Source of the DNA: Bigelowiella natans CCMP2755
Taxonomy: Eukaryota > Protista > Cercozoa
Assembly (NCBI GenBank): GCA_000320545.1
Contig: ADNK01003441.1
Span: 1-41,267, forward strand
DNA length: 41,267 nucleotides
Direction: 5' to 3'
Positions within the stretch are counted from its first letter, which is position 1, and each line of letters starts with the position of its first letter. Under the pieces are notes generated by a model, which ran no database searches, was not told the DNA's origin, and was given only the letters and a program-made list of their open reading frames with translations. Both the position numbers and the translations under genes were made by a program. Shown here one piece after another: positions 12,377-24,652 of this stretch.

Positions 12377-13330
12377 TCGAAATTTCAAGGATGTCACCAT
12401 AGAGTGTGCTTGCTCTTGTCGGAAAAAGCACTTTTTCAACCGGTTTCTTCCCTGGAAAAGTCAAGGCTCACTCTTGAATTGTCCCAGGATTTGCCTTTGG
12501 GTGTCATCAAACTCTGGTCAAGGAGGCGTCGATACGACTTGAACGACTTCTCATTGCTGCGTTTGACATAGAAAGGCAACATCCGTATCTTTCAACATTC
12601 GTAAAAGCAACTTGATTCTCTCCTACGACAAGTCATTTTTCCATAGTGAAGCTTATACGCAACTCATCCATCATCAAACACGCTAACAAATGTGCACTCT
12701 TCGACCTTCACAAGAATCCCGGATGTACCGGTGTTAGTCAAATCTTTGTAAATATGGATGCCGAATTGTGAGTTTTCAGTCGAAGGACACCAATTATGTC
12801 AGCACTCGAACGAGACGGGCAGCTTTTCAAACGCGCTGCACCACAAAATGCATCAGAACAAGATGTATTTCTGCAAAGTGAGAATTATTTGCATGTCGTT
12901 AGTGATAAACCTCCGGGACTCGTATTCTCTTGCGGAACTAGTTAAAATCTTACAAGCGAGTGGAACTCCGGGTTCCCCCCCTCTTTGCCATTGCACCGAT
13001 TCTTCTTCGGTAATTCATGGATTTGAAGAAGGATCATATAGGGTTCGATCTAGCACATGCATGGGATTATGGACGACGAGTGATTTGTTGAAATGTAGAG
13101 CAATGCCCTCCCCTGTGCGTATTCTGGTTCGCCTCAATTGAATTGAATGGTCCCGACGTTGGAAAATGTATCGTTTCCGAGTTTCACTCAAAATATCTTA
13201 AAACAGTATAATGCGATGTGATGTAGATATAACACCTAATTCATGTCCTTTCTCGCAGGCAAACGGCAAGAGACGCTCGCCTTCTCCAATCGTCACACGG
13301 GGCGAAGAAGGAAGATAGTGCCACCAACGT
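12377..13330 (+). CDS. Candidate multi-exon gene; strand and structure unresolved
   Basis: Protein-like + strand segments flanked by AG/GT: FAFGCHQTLVKEASIRLERLLIAAFDIERQHPYLSTF, RRTPIMSALERDGQLFKRAAP, WNSGFPPSLPLHRFFFG and FDLAHAWDYGRR. I could not close one continuous frame, and plausible splice signals also exist on the - strand. Confidence 0.35.
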
Positions 13331-13408
13331 AGCACAAGTCTGGGGCCTGGACATCACACAAAACGTGTCTTCTAGATTTAGTTAGAAACTGGAGTCATCG
13401 GTATCATA

Positions 13409-14200
13409 ATGGGTACCCGCGACGTGGCCCTATCTGGTCGTTTGTTAACCATTTCGGTGCTCATCCTACTTGCTGCAGAATCAGCAGCGAATCGCCGAGG
13501 AGCTGCTACACCTAGCCCCAAGCTTTCAATTTTGCGAGCTCCGTCATCACGATATTCAACGATGCTGCCTTGGCAGAATGATCATAAAAAGGTGCGGCAG
13601 AGACAGCAATTCACCGTAGGAGCGCGAAGGCGGCAGCTCCTCCGTACGGCGTCCTCGAGGTCTGCTGATGCAGAAGGGAGGCCTTCCTTCGGTGCAGGCA
13701 ACTACACAGAACGAGGGGCACGACAACCCCAACAGGATGTGCTGCAGATCCGCGATAGGGGTGAGAAGCAGACCTATCATTAGTGAGAGTGCTGCCTGAA
13801 ACCCACCGATATAGTAGTCATCTAAGAATTTCAGGAGGCATTTGATTAATAATATATGCAATTGTGCTGTTAAATGGGAGGGATGATGGTGAAGAGATAT
13901 ATCCGTTCTTGCTAAAAGATCCTACCTACAATATATAGCGGCGCTCCGCTCCCTGGATCTGGACTCGTCCTCCTCCTCCTCTTCTTCCACCAGATCTCCT
14001 TTGAGAGCTTCTCCTACTGTTGTTGGCGCTGCTGCTTCAGCGCAATCTTTTCCGGAAGAAGAGGGCAATGAATCGAGAATTGCCGACTCAAACGCCTCGT
14101 CCCCAGCGCCACTATTAGTTCCCGGCGATACCGTCGGTAAACAAGGTACAGCGAATATGAGTGAGATTCAGGCGGCGCATTGCTTGCAAGGGGCTATTAT

Positions 14201-14237
<37 letters not shown>

Positions 14238-15379
14238 ACAATGTGCTATCTTTTATGTTGGGGTTTATGCGGGAGGATGCGAGAATTAAGCGGTTGTTCC
14301 GATTCACATCAACAAGTAAAAGATGATGTAATAATGCCCTCCCTTATTCTGCTGCGTTTCTCTTTCTTCTTCCCGTTTAAAACCCAGTGGAGATATCTGG
14401 TGATGTAGCTGCGGCAGGAATCATAGCATCGAGCGCGATCATCTTTGAGGTCGTTGCGACACCCATTCATTACCCGCTACTAATATGTACGTCCAGTGGC
14501 GAATAGCAGCAGGGCCTTCATATGTGGGCTCAGAGATGCTGGATTCAAATCGACTCAAATGTTCATTTATTTTTCAAACTCCGACCCCCCCCCCCCGCCC
14601 GCCCCCGTTGGCAGGCTATACAGTTCGCTGGTACAGCATTGGTGGCCTATCTCATACATCAGGCCATCCCGGAAGCTTCGGTTACGAAAAGAAAAATAAG
14701 ATAATGATGATGATGATGATAACGATGATGTTGGATTTCATTCCGCAACTGTTTGTCCTTAATTTTCACGTTCTTGATCGTTGGGATTACGATGACAACT
14801 AATGATGCCTACGGACTCTGATGATAGAGCCTCGAGGACTTAATCAAGATGTTATCCGGGTCGATCCAGCAAATGGGGCCTGAGGGCTACTTCGCATACG
14901 CTGCCATTCAGATGGCCTTTCAGGTTGTTGTTGTTGTTGTTCGTCGAAGTGATGGAGAGACCAGAAATAGTTCTTATGAAATAAGAAGAAGCAGAAGAAG
15001 AAGAAGAAGAAGAAGAAGAAGAAGAAGAAGAAGAAGAAGAAAGAGAAGAAGAAGAAAAAGAAGAAGGAAGTCATCGCTGTCAGCTCAGCGGCAAATTTAG
15101 TAGGCGTGTTTGTTATGTAACGACGATGTATGATAGGTGCAACATCATCACCATCATCATCATCATCATCATCATCATATCTTCCGTCGCCGTCAGATCA
15201 TCCCTGTTGCGAGCGCATTTGCGATGACAGTAAGCGCTGGCGTCGTGTTCGGCTCAGTCAAGGTACTACGCGTTTGATGTTCTAATGTCGCAGTGAGGAT
15301 GATTGATGGATGGATGGATATGGCGAAGCGAGGAGCAGTGGGAAGAGTATGTGTAGCTGGGTTTTTATGAAGGGGTCTA

Positions 15380-15424
<45 letters not shown>

Positions 15425-15671
15425 GCAGAACGGAGTATTCATAGTATCTCTCGCCTCAACGCTGTCAGCTGCAATATCCTTCCTGATATCGAGGTCTGTT
15501 AGTAGTAGTGGTAGTGGTAGTAGTAGTAGTAGTAAATGTTGCAGTTGTTGTTGTATTAGTTCTAGTCGTCGTTGGAGGAGGAGGTGGAGGAGGAGGAGGG
15601 AGAGAAGAATATACAAATCTCTCACGATTCTTTCGTTGGTCCTTCCAAGGGCAGCGATTTCCCCTCATTGA

Positions 15672-15715
<44 letters not shown>

Positions 15716-16331
15716 CAGCGTGTTTCATTTATCTTCGTCGCCATCATCATCATCATCATCATCATCATCACCATCACCGTCATGTGTGGTGTTCGCTTTG
15801 CGCAAGATGACATGTTAATTAATTGCTGTCATCTCAGGTCTGCTTCTCAGGGACGCTTCCAATCTTATAAAGACAAGAGCTCGCAACTTAGGGTAGCCTG
15901 TGATAATGAACATTTTGGCTGCTACTATTTGAACCTGATGAGTTCCAGCAGCAATAGTAGTAGTAGTAGTAGTAGTAGTAGTGTTAGGCTCATATTTTTG
16001 TCCTTCCCATCCTCCTCCTCCTCATCAGGCCATTGATACAGCGCTGGCAGATGCTGGTTTTTTCAACTCAGTTCTGCTCATGTTTTTGGTAGTAGTAGTA
16101 GTAATAGTGAAAGTAGTCGTGGGTAGGTGTTATCGTCGTCTTAGTCTTACGCGGGAGGGGGGTGGCTGAATGTTGTCGTTGTCGTAGTTGTAGAAGTGGT
16201 AGCAGTCCACTGGAGTTTGTCTATTGAAGGCACTAGCAATCAGCATGCGTGCATGTTTTTCGTCTTCTCTCTCCCTAATTTATTTTCTCTTATTTACGAA
16301 GTTGTACGTCGGTGTTTATCGCCATTCTCAC

Positions 16332-16366
<35 letters not shown>

Positions 16367-16720
16367 ATTGCCACTATCATCATCACCGCTATCAGTTGCG
16401 AAGCTCACCGATAATACCATTCTCGTGGGCAAACTACTTATTCGGGTAAGAAGAGAAAGGAGGGGTACGGGGTGGTACGGGAGGGGGAGGGTTGGGGGGG
16501 GGGTTCTCCAGTCTTTCCATTCATCATTGTTATTATTATATTAAATCTAAGTCGCACTTATCCGTCTTATCCCCTTACCCATCATCGTCGTCCAGGCTGT
16601 CACGAGTGCCTTTCATCCCATTCGTGCTTGGGACCTTCTTCGGGACTCTTCCGGGGATCACTGCCTTCGTGTCGGCTGGAAGGCTTGGCAACGAGGTGAG
16701 TGTGAGTCGTAATCGTGCTA

Positions 16721-16759
<39 letters not shown>

Positions 16760-16796
16760 ATTTTTGTTGGTGTTGTTGTTGTTGTTGTAGGTGTGA

Positions 16797-16827
<31 letters not shown>

Positions 16828-17206
16828 GGTTGTTGTAGTTGATGTGGTGAAAGTCACGCTACTTGAGAACAAAGAATTTAGAAGCCATTACCTGCATAGC
16901 CAGCAATTCCAATCATCGCAAATAACCAACGTTTTTCACGCGCATTGGGTGGTTATTTCAATGGGCCGTCGTCGTTGTTGCCGTCATCGTCGTCGTCATC
17001 ATCATCATCATCATTCTTACTCGTTTCAGGCGCTCATGGGGCAGGGCGGCGGACTCGCAGTACAAGGAGGCCTCGTAGCCACAATCTTGAGCATCAGTCT
17101 CATCGGAAGAATAAGCGACATGACTCTCAAAAAAATGAACATTGACCTAGAGGAGCCAGAATACAACACCGAAAATGATAGGAGAGAGGGGTCATCATCT
17201 ACATAG
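13409..17206 (+). CDS. TVP38/TMEM64 (DedA/VTT, SNARE-associated) membrane protein with a bipartite signal + transit-like leader
   Basis: Exons include 14828-14923, 15197-15262, 15429-15493, 15838-15892, 16029-16088, 16396-16445, 16596-16695 and 17030-17206. They give QMGPEGYFAYAAIQMAFQ | IIPVASAFAMTVSAGVVFGSVK | NGVFIVSLASTLSAAISFLISR..AIDTALADAGFFNSVLLMFL | LRSSPIIPFSWANYLFGLSRVPFIPFVLGTFFGTLPG, matching the DedA RxxPxxP..NY..G motif. The N-terminus MGTRDVALSGRLLTISVLILLAAESA is followed by an R/S-rich stretch. Confidence 0.9.
14985..15068. repeat. (GAA)n microsatellite in an intron of the DedA gene
   Basis: Long, near-perfect agaagaaga run. Confidence 0.9.
16724..16845. repeat. Compound (TAG)n/(TTG)n/(TGG)n microsatellite in an intron
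   Basis: Directly visible tandem trinucleotides between DedA exons. Confidence 0.9.
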
Positions 17207-17747
17207 GGGGAAATCCAATAATATTTGGTAATTTGGTACCCACAGCAGTATGCTTCAAATGCATACACAAGTATAAAGCGCTAGTTATACATTTACATCT
17301 ACTATACTAGCTCCTGCTACATTAGGTTACGTGTAGGCAGGTGTGATGTAATATTTAGCTATTGTGCGTGCCCGTTCCAGCTTGAAGGCAGGCACGAAAA
17401 ATAGATTGTATATGGCTGTCAAGCATAACTTAGCAATTAACGCTATACGCTTTTCGTTGTACCCTCGCAAAGAATCTAAATCCGGTATTGTGTAGACCCT
17501 GCCAGCAGTCAAACATGCAACAAAATAAAGAGTACGTAGTGACAAGGATGAAGCTGCATGCGGTTGATGATAATTTTGTAAATTTAGCACAAATCTAGCA
17601 ATACTAGATCGAATCGAATAGCTAAATCATGGTCATGATGCGAAAATAAAGATACCGACACAGACTACGTACAGCATGTCAGCGAATTACGTTTGCGTGG
17701 TAGCGATCACATATATATAAGCGCGCAGTACACGATAGCTAGATAGA

Positions 17748-17815
17748 TGAGACGGATGTAATGAACAAATTAAATTTTTTCAATGGTCATCCTGATGTAG
17801 CTGTGCAATGCAGCG
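17748..17815 (+). repeat. Dispersed intergenic repeat, copy A
   Basis: tgagacggatgtaatgaacaaattaaa..ttcaatggtcatcctgatgtagctgtgcaatgcagcg aligns by eye with 31000-31074. Confidence 0.8.
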
Positions 17816-18151
17816 GCTACAGCGCCAATGTTGCATCTGTTAGCTAGATAGATAATCGAATTTGCACATAATAACTAGATAAACTAGTAAAATAAGATGC
17901 GCCCCGCCCTCAATTGTATATGATTGTCGCCCTGGTGATCGATGCTAGCTGGCATAATGGCGATGGCTTGTCGTCATGCAGATGCGCGTGTGCTGCAACC
18001 TATTATTGGAAAATGCAGCGCTGTGCCGCTTTACTGTTTGCACACTGCACGTGGCAAATAATTCACGTGTTCATGCTAGGGATGATGCCAATGAAGCGTT
18101 TTTTCATCGAAGAGTTTGCTGCATACAGCCGCCAGCGATAGTAAGCAGACT

Positions 18152-18625
18152 TCAAATTTGTCGTTTGCATCTCCACTCTTGGGTCACTGATATAGCTATG
18201 TGGTTGATGCCGGGGTTCATAAACCTCTTAACCTGAGTCAAGCAGAATAGATCGTCATTTCTTCTAACTTCAGACATTTGATGGTTAAAGTTCGACAGAA
18301 TGTTCGCATACGTTTGGCCCCCAGGATCACAAATCAAATGGAGGTGAGTAATCAAATGCAGTAGTTCTCGCACACATACCCGCCATTACAATATGGGAGA
18401 ATGCAACGGTTGAAACGAGTGGTGCAAAAGTAATTGTTATGTATTCTTTCGTGTTTACATGTACTTCCTGCAACCAAACGCAGCACACACAGAAAGTGCA
18501 CTAACGAGAGGCCGCTGAAGTGTTTAATCTGGCTGAACCTTAGCACTCAGAAGACAGAGCACACGCCTCCAAGAGGTCAATGTGGCCCACGGAGTGACTC
18601 TAGGCCAGCATTGTTCCAAAAAAGG

Positions 18626-18705
<80 letters not shown>

Positions 18706-20006
18706 AAAATCGGTGATGTTAGAACTCACCCCTGTTCATTGTTTATTCCGCGTTTATTCAATATCTATAACCGTTTCACCTGCCACAAACAACGAGACAA
18801 TATAATCATACATTTGTGTCTAGATGTGCAAGCCAACAGAGAATGCATGCTAAATGAGGTTTTGTATAATATCAGTGACAACTGTGGTCAACAGCGCTGT
18901 TGCTTCGTGATCGCCCGTCGTTGTCTAGGTCATCATATATATACTTTCTGCATTGAAGGTGCTGACTTTTCTAATGCTTCCATGAAGGAAAAAAGTACCT
19001 TCGGAGAGGCAGCCATACGATGCTTCTTACGAACAGGACACGCCAGGGTAGAACACCGTCAGTTTAAACCCAATCCCTCGGCTTCAAGGATGTGCAAAAT
19101 CGAAGACCTAGATTAATGTTAGTTGCGTGAGGTTTGGCTATTTATATACTCTATGTGATTAATTAGTAACTTCGATCAGGAATTCTTTTGTTTTTATCAT
19201 GAGCATCGTTCAACAGTATCCATTGAATAACATCATTTCGAAGGGACATGAGTGCAGATGAGAGATGAGCTTGCACATACATTAAATTCTCGTCGTTCCC
19301 CATCCTTGCCAAGGCAAGCGTCGATTTGTAGACACACGAATTCTTTTAGCCTTGACGGCTCATTTTTCGACGCACATAGTGAGTGTTCTTGCGCTTAAAG
19401 TCTCGACGGCTAGCTACTCGCGCATTGATGTTGAAGATGGCTCTAAGTACTGGAAAAGATGTTCCCATCTTTCTCAATAATAGTTGATGATATGAAATAG
19501 GATAGTCGCATTATATCCTCTGGTTCCTGCCTTCTTTTGCAGCGCATTCTCTGCTCGCTGCACATGTAGTATGAAGTGGGTGTGGGTGGGACTGCGCAGA
19601 TTTCATTTTTCAGAGTTATAGTTGTATGAAAGCTGTATCAAACTCCGCGCAAAATATCTATTATCTACAAGATTAGCAGTTTTATCGTAAAATTAGTCTT
19701 GATTTAACTTAAAGGATATTTAGAAAACGGGGAGTATAGGGACCATTTTTTGTTGCCGTGAAGGCGAGAAGGAACGCGCCAAAATGATGTTCCAGATGTT
19801 GTATCGTTGTTTTCCCGAAACTGCGATGAAATGGACAGAAAATATCAGATATTCTCGGTATATAGGACGGCTCGCCTGCAGGTAATAGCGACCTGGATTT
19901 CCTACTGTCATCGATGTTGTCGCAGGATAAAAATCCTTGGTAATTTTTAGGTAATCTTAAGGATAAGCAACCAAACTCTTTTTTAACCGAAGGGCGTCTC
20001 CGCCAT
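18152..20006 (-). CDS. Candidate multi-exon hypothetical protein
   Basis: The first exons splice in frame: MAETPF | GEPSYIPRISDIFCPFHRSFGKTTIQHLEHHFGAFLLAFTATKN | DNRYFAR | TSRECAAKE | VLRAIFNINARVASRRDFKRKNTHY. One junction needs a GC donor. The 3' exons (18150-19110) are not resolved. Confidence 0.45.
18627..18702. repeat. Compound (TA)n-(TG)n microsatellite
   Basis: Directly visible. Similar compounds occur at about 24587-24650 and 40965-41025. Confidence 0.9.
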
Positions 20007-20027
20007 CGGAAGATCACCGAAAGGAGG

Positions 20028-20897
20028 ATGGAGGCTACGGAATCGTCGTCGGCCGTGCCATCCCTCCCACAGAGTGATAAAGAGAGAAGGGGCGAGCATC
20101 CAGGGATTAATCGAGATAATGGAGCCAAGATGAAGATCTGGGAGCGACGGTAACATGCTGAAATATGCCCCGTGACTCCTGTGGATGAATGGTCAAATGA
20201 ACTATAGGTTGCGAAGAATTCTACGCGAGTCGGTGCGGTTAGCAGGGGGGAAGAACGCCCTCATCGAAGAATCGTAAGTGTGTCTAATCTTTCTTCTTCA
20301 ATGCTGCAATGACGATGGAGTTGACACGCATACATTCTTTTGGCTCTGTGCCTGCAACTATCCAGAGTCAAAGAGGTCGGAAATCTCGTGAGAAAGTTTG
20401 TATCGCAGCTTTTAGCCAAGGCAGCGCTCAATTCAGTACAAAGACGGAAAGTAATTGAGATCCAAAAGCTCCAAAAACTTTGTAAAATCGATTGAATTTT
20501 TATATACCACTCTTAGATATGGATCTCCTGTGTACGTACGAAGGGGTGCTATAAGATGCGTGGACATCGGTCAAAGTGTAAAGTCCAACAATATAATGGA
20601 TTCGAAAACTTTACAAAGAATCACGCCCAAACGTCTGCGTTCAAGAGCGACGATGTATTGATCGCATTTGAAGATGTTGTGACTGCACTTCGGCAAACAG
20701 GCTTTGCAAAATTGTGGCCACCTGAAGGGCAGTTGGAAGCGGTTAATAGCACACGAACGGGAAGCAACGTGACACCTATTCCACTTGCAGAACCTATTGC
20801 TGTTCCAATAATATCAACTACACCGTTTACCTCACTTCCAAGAAGTCAGTACGGACCGTCTACATTAACGTCGTCATCCAATGAAAAGAAGTTGTGA
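20028..20897 (+). CDS. Small histone-fold-like protein (TAF/SAGA-type histone fold domain)
   Basis: Exons 20028-20149, 20208-20273, 20366-20450 and 20619-20897 give ..RLRRILRESVRLAGGKNALIEESVKEVGNLVRKFVSQLLAKAALNSVQRRK | NHAQTSAFKSDDVLIAFEDVVTALRQTGF. This is a helix-loop-long helix-loop-helix pattern ending in an EDxxxAL..G motif, as in histone folds. The subfamily is not assignable by eye. Confidence 0.55.
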
Positions 20898-21439
20898 TAT
20901 CCATAGAAAATCAAGTCCCAATGCATTGTTGTTGATTTGCGATTAGAAACTATTAACATACGCGCAATCGGAGTTGTGCAACGGATATTTGAGATCATAA
21001 TTTTAAGTGCTACACTTTGCCACATATGCGACACAGCTGCCTTTCGCCAGCAAGCACCTTTATTTCGTAAGAAGAGTAACGACACTTTAAGCGAAAAGCT
21101 GGCGGCTGATCGACGTGATGTGCAGAGTACACAATGACAAAAATAGTTCTATAGAGACGTACGCATGTTCATGTCACATATAATGGCTCACATGTATACA
21201 TTCACGCGCGCGCGCGCGCACACGCTCGTATGTGTATGCATGTCACGGTGATGTATGTGTGCTTGCTTAGCCTGAGCAGTTGCATGGCAATCAAGTCTAG
21301 TGACTCATAAATCAGCAGTAATAGCTGTATACACATCTGTACAACATTCAGTATAAAATACGAGGGCGCAAATCATTAGCGATAATGTGTAGTTCTATCG
21401 ACCGTCAGCAGAGCAGTCACGTATTTTACACTACAACTA

Positions 21440-23192
21440 TTACATAACAGCGCAACTATGATGATGGTGCCTTCGTCCTTTTCTTATTATGCACACCAGA
21501 GAATTTTCATTTTTCTTCACATCTCTCTGGAATAAGCACGCTTCTCGGTAGTCCTGAAGCATAAGCTGAACACAGAAAACGTGCTTCTTCCAAGAGTTCT
21601 CGCACCATTTATTACCGGCAGCGTATGCTAGCACTTTACTCATTCCAGCCACAAGACTGTGACGAAAGGATCCCATATTCGATGCTTCAGCAACATTAAG
21701 AGTTAACTCGCCCATTTCCTTGCGAAGGTTTCGCACTCTCTCAAAATCTTGGTCCGTTTGCCAGATACGAATGCATTTAAAAAACCACATAAAAATCTCT
21801 TCTAGGTGATCGACTGCGTTTTCCTTCTTTCTTTGGAGCTTTGTAAGGCAATGTATCCAGTCGTTGCGGTCTTTTTCATCTTCTGCAGCTAACACATACT
21901 CGTTGATTTTACCCTTTTTCGTCGGCGACTTGCCCTTGATGAAGAAGCAGTTGTGAGATAAGTAGTCATCGTCGAGACGGCCTTTAAGTTCATCGTCATC
22001 TTCAAGCGGTACGACGTGAGCATCTTCAAGAATAATGGCCTGGGCGAGTGATGAATTTTCCTCTTCCATACCTGCCCTGATGAAGATGAAATGCATGCCT
22101 CCTTCATACATGTCGCTGTTGATATCACTGGCATTAGATTTTGCAGCCACTTCGTCGCGTAGCACTTGAATCCTCCACTCCATGATCGAGGGATCGCTTG
22201 AGGAGAAGCACGATCGCGATACATGAATATTATTCTTCCTTCTCCTCCTCCTTCTACGATGTGAAATAGGAACTGCTGTGAGGGTGCCATGTTTTAGGTA
22301 TTTCTCTGGTTGGCGAGGTAGGCTGTACAGCGTCGCCACCACCTCGGGGTTCGTCTCCCACAGCACTTCGTAGAGAAGGCCATGGAGCACGTTTGCAGGG
22401 AACCTGTTCTCGATGTAGTCAATAACATCGTTAAGCTCGGAAATGACCGATTCATAGTCGGGAAAGAGGGCGTCACCAACATGCAGCAGTATTTCGGTCT
22501 CTATGGCGTCGTAAATAGGCAGCGGGAACTTTCTTCGGACGGATTCATGTGTGGAGAGCGCTTCCGACATGATCGTGTTCAATCCTTTCGCGCTGCGGAA
22601 CTTCGAATTGAGGTTCATATTCTTAAGCTCGAGTCCCCCTTCATCATCGTCATCGCTGAAGTGCTCCCGAAGAATAGCCCGTGTCTTCACTGTACATGCG
22701 TATCGGATTTCATTAATTTTGCATAGCAGACGTGACTCCGCCTGGAAACCTTTATTCTCCATAACCCTCTGGATAGTCTTCGACCATGTACACTGATTTC
22801 CCAAGATCAGTTTATAAAATTCCAAGTCTCGCTTTCGCTTAGGGTTTAACTTCGGTGAAGACGTCGAGATCTCTTCTCGCGGGGATGGTGCAATTTCTTT
22901 CCCTCTTTTTACAGGAAGGGGCATGGGTTTGAATGGTTGTTTCACCTCAGCATCGCCCTGCTTTTCCCTCTTCAACGTTGTGGGAAATTCTTTCCCCTGA
23001 TCATCCCGCCCGAACACATAGCTTGTGCCGGCGTAGCGCGTCGCGAAATGACGAAAGACAACATTGAAGATAAATCCCAAAAAGGCCTTGGTAACAAGCA
23101 AAATGTTAACTAATGACATTCACAACTGTAAAGAACTGAGCAACACTAACCATTACGGCCAAAATAGCAGATTTCCCGATAGCTTCCATCAT
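21440..23192 (-). CDS. N-terminally membrane-anchored PH-domain protein
   Basis: A short exon MMEAIGKSAILAVM (from 23192) splices to AFLGFIFNVVFRHF.. in the 559-codon ORF 21440-23119. The PH C-terminal signature is QAIILEDAHV..HNCFFIK..EYVLAAEDEKDRNDWIHCL. Confidence 0.75.
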
Positions 23193-23551
23193 CTCAAACC
23201 GAGTAATGGCTCGGGTCAATGGGAAAGAGGGAGCTAGTGTGTGCTTTAATATGTGCAAGCTTCTTCTCCCAAAAAACATAGGCGATTTATGTTCTAAAAC
23301 AGCAGGATGATAGCTAAGGACAGAGAAGAATGCCTTTGGATGACATCCAGGTTTATTTCCCTAAAAAACGTCTTCTGCTGTGTACGATTTTACGACCCTT
23401 TTTACGACAAATTGAGGGAAAATTCAAAGGGAGTTTCCCAAAAATGGAAAATTTTCAAATAAAAATATTCAGACAAGTGGTGCATGTCGTAGGTAATAAA
23501 TGCCCTCCCAGTTTGTTTTCATATTTCATAACGTGAGGAGAAGTGGAGGCC
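23193..23551. promoter_or_regulatory. Putative bidirectional promoter rich in GGGAAA/TTTCCC
   Basis: The nearer start codons diverge from this spacer. The hexamer occurs at 23221, 23356, 23416 and 23434, plus 23172 just inside the first exon of the - gene. Confidence 0.45.
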
Positions 23552-24233
23552 ATGCCCTCTTTCCTCCCAGTGGCCATTGTCTTAGCCATCTCGCATTGCC
23601 TCCCTGTCCATGCTTCCATCATCGAGCTGAGGGCAGGAAATGTTGATACCGAAAAGACTAAAGAAATCCCTCAGCTAGAGGTGGTTAAGAGATTTTAGGA
23701 AGGATCACACAAACGTCATCTGGAATGCATGATCTTCATGTCAATACCTTACTTCTTGCCCCCTTCATGATCAAGGTGTCACTCCAAGACGAGGAGCAGC
23801 GACCATACCTTATTAATCTTAAGGAGGTCAACGAGGTCGATTTCGATGGTGCATGCCAGTTTTAGGGAGGGGATGAAAGACAGACTTGTTGTCTGGACCA
23901 CTGTCATTGTACATGACACGCTTATTTTTGTTACTACTTTGTCAGGATATCAAGAAATCCATTTCTAACATTATCCACGAAAGCTTAGAAGGTACGTTTG
24001 GTTGAAGACAGTGATAGCACAAACGGTGAATTTTCCCACCCATGATCTCTTTGCTGCTGCTGCTCTCCCTCTTTATGCGCATTCGATCAGAATACATACC
24101 AGAAAATACGTTCGTCATCTTGGCAAGCCACCCTGAAATATATGAAATCCAGAAACTTCCTGGTGTAGCATGGGGTAATTTGATTGTAAATCTACTGCGT
24201 TCATCTGCCTGCACATTAAAATCTCTCTCTCTA

Positions 24234-24271
<38 letters not shown>

Positions 24272-24377
24272 GTAAATGTCAGTAATGGTACAAAATATAA
24301 GTAGTTTCATGTGAAATATGTATTTTGAAGCAAATTTTCCTCATATTTGATACCTTAGTGCGGACATGTGTGTATGT

Positions 24378-24415
<38 letters not shown>

Positions 24416-24584
24416 ATCCACCAGTCGGAGACTACAAACCGGGGTATAAAGTTTCGCCAGATATAGGGAAAGTAAGATATAAAGTTTGACTATGATCATC
24501 CACAAAGAATAATATGCTACTATTTACTCTTGGATATTTTCGGATGCAAAGATGTGTGAGTGTGAATGTGAGCATGGACATATG

Positions 24585-24652
<68 letters not shown>

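Noticed and set aside
14844-16872. Many homopolymer-rich ORFs (poly-F, poly-T, poly-V, CVCV, HTHT)
   Set aside because: These are translations of intronic microsatellites.
17327-17590. 87-aa protein-like ORF on the - strand
   Set aside because: No convincing start or splice partner, and it is separated from the upstream - gene by a spacer tract. It could be a pseudo-exon.
24042-24275. ORF with an apparent signal peptide (MISLLLLLSLF)
   Set aside because: The hydrophobic stretch is the polypyrimidine tract of an intron in the prodomain gene, whose real start is 23552.
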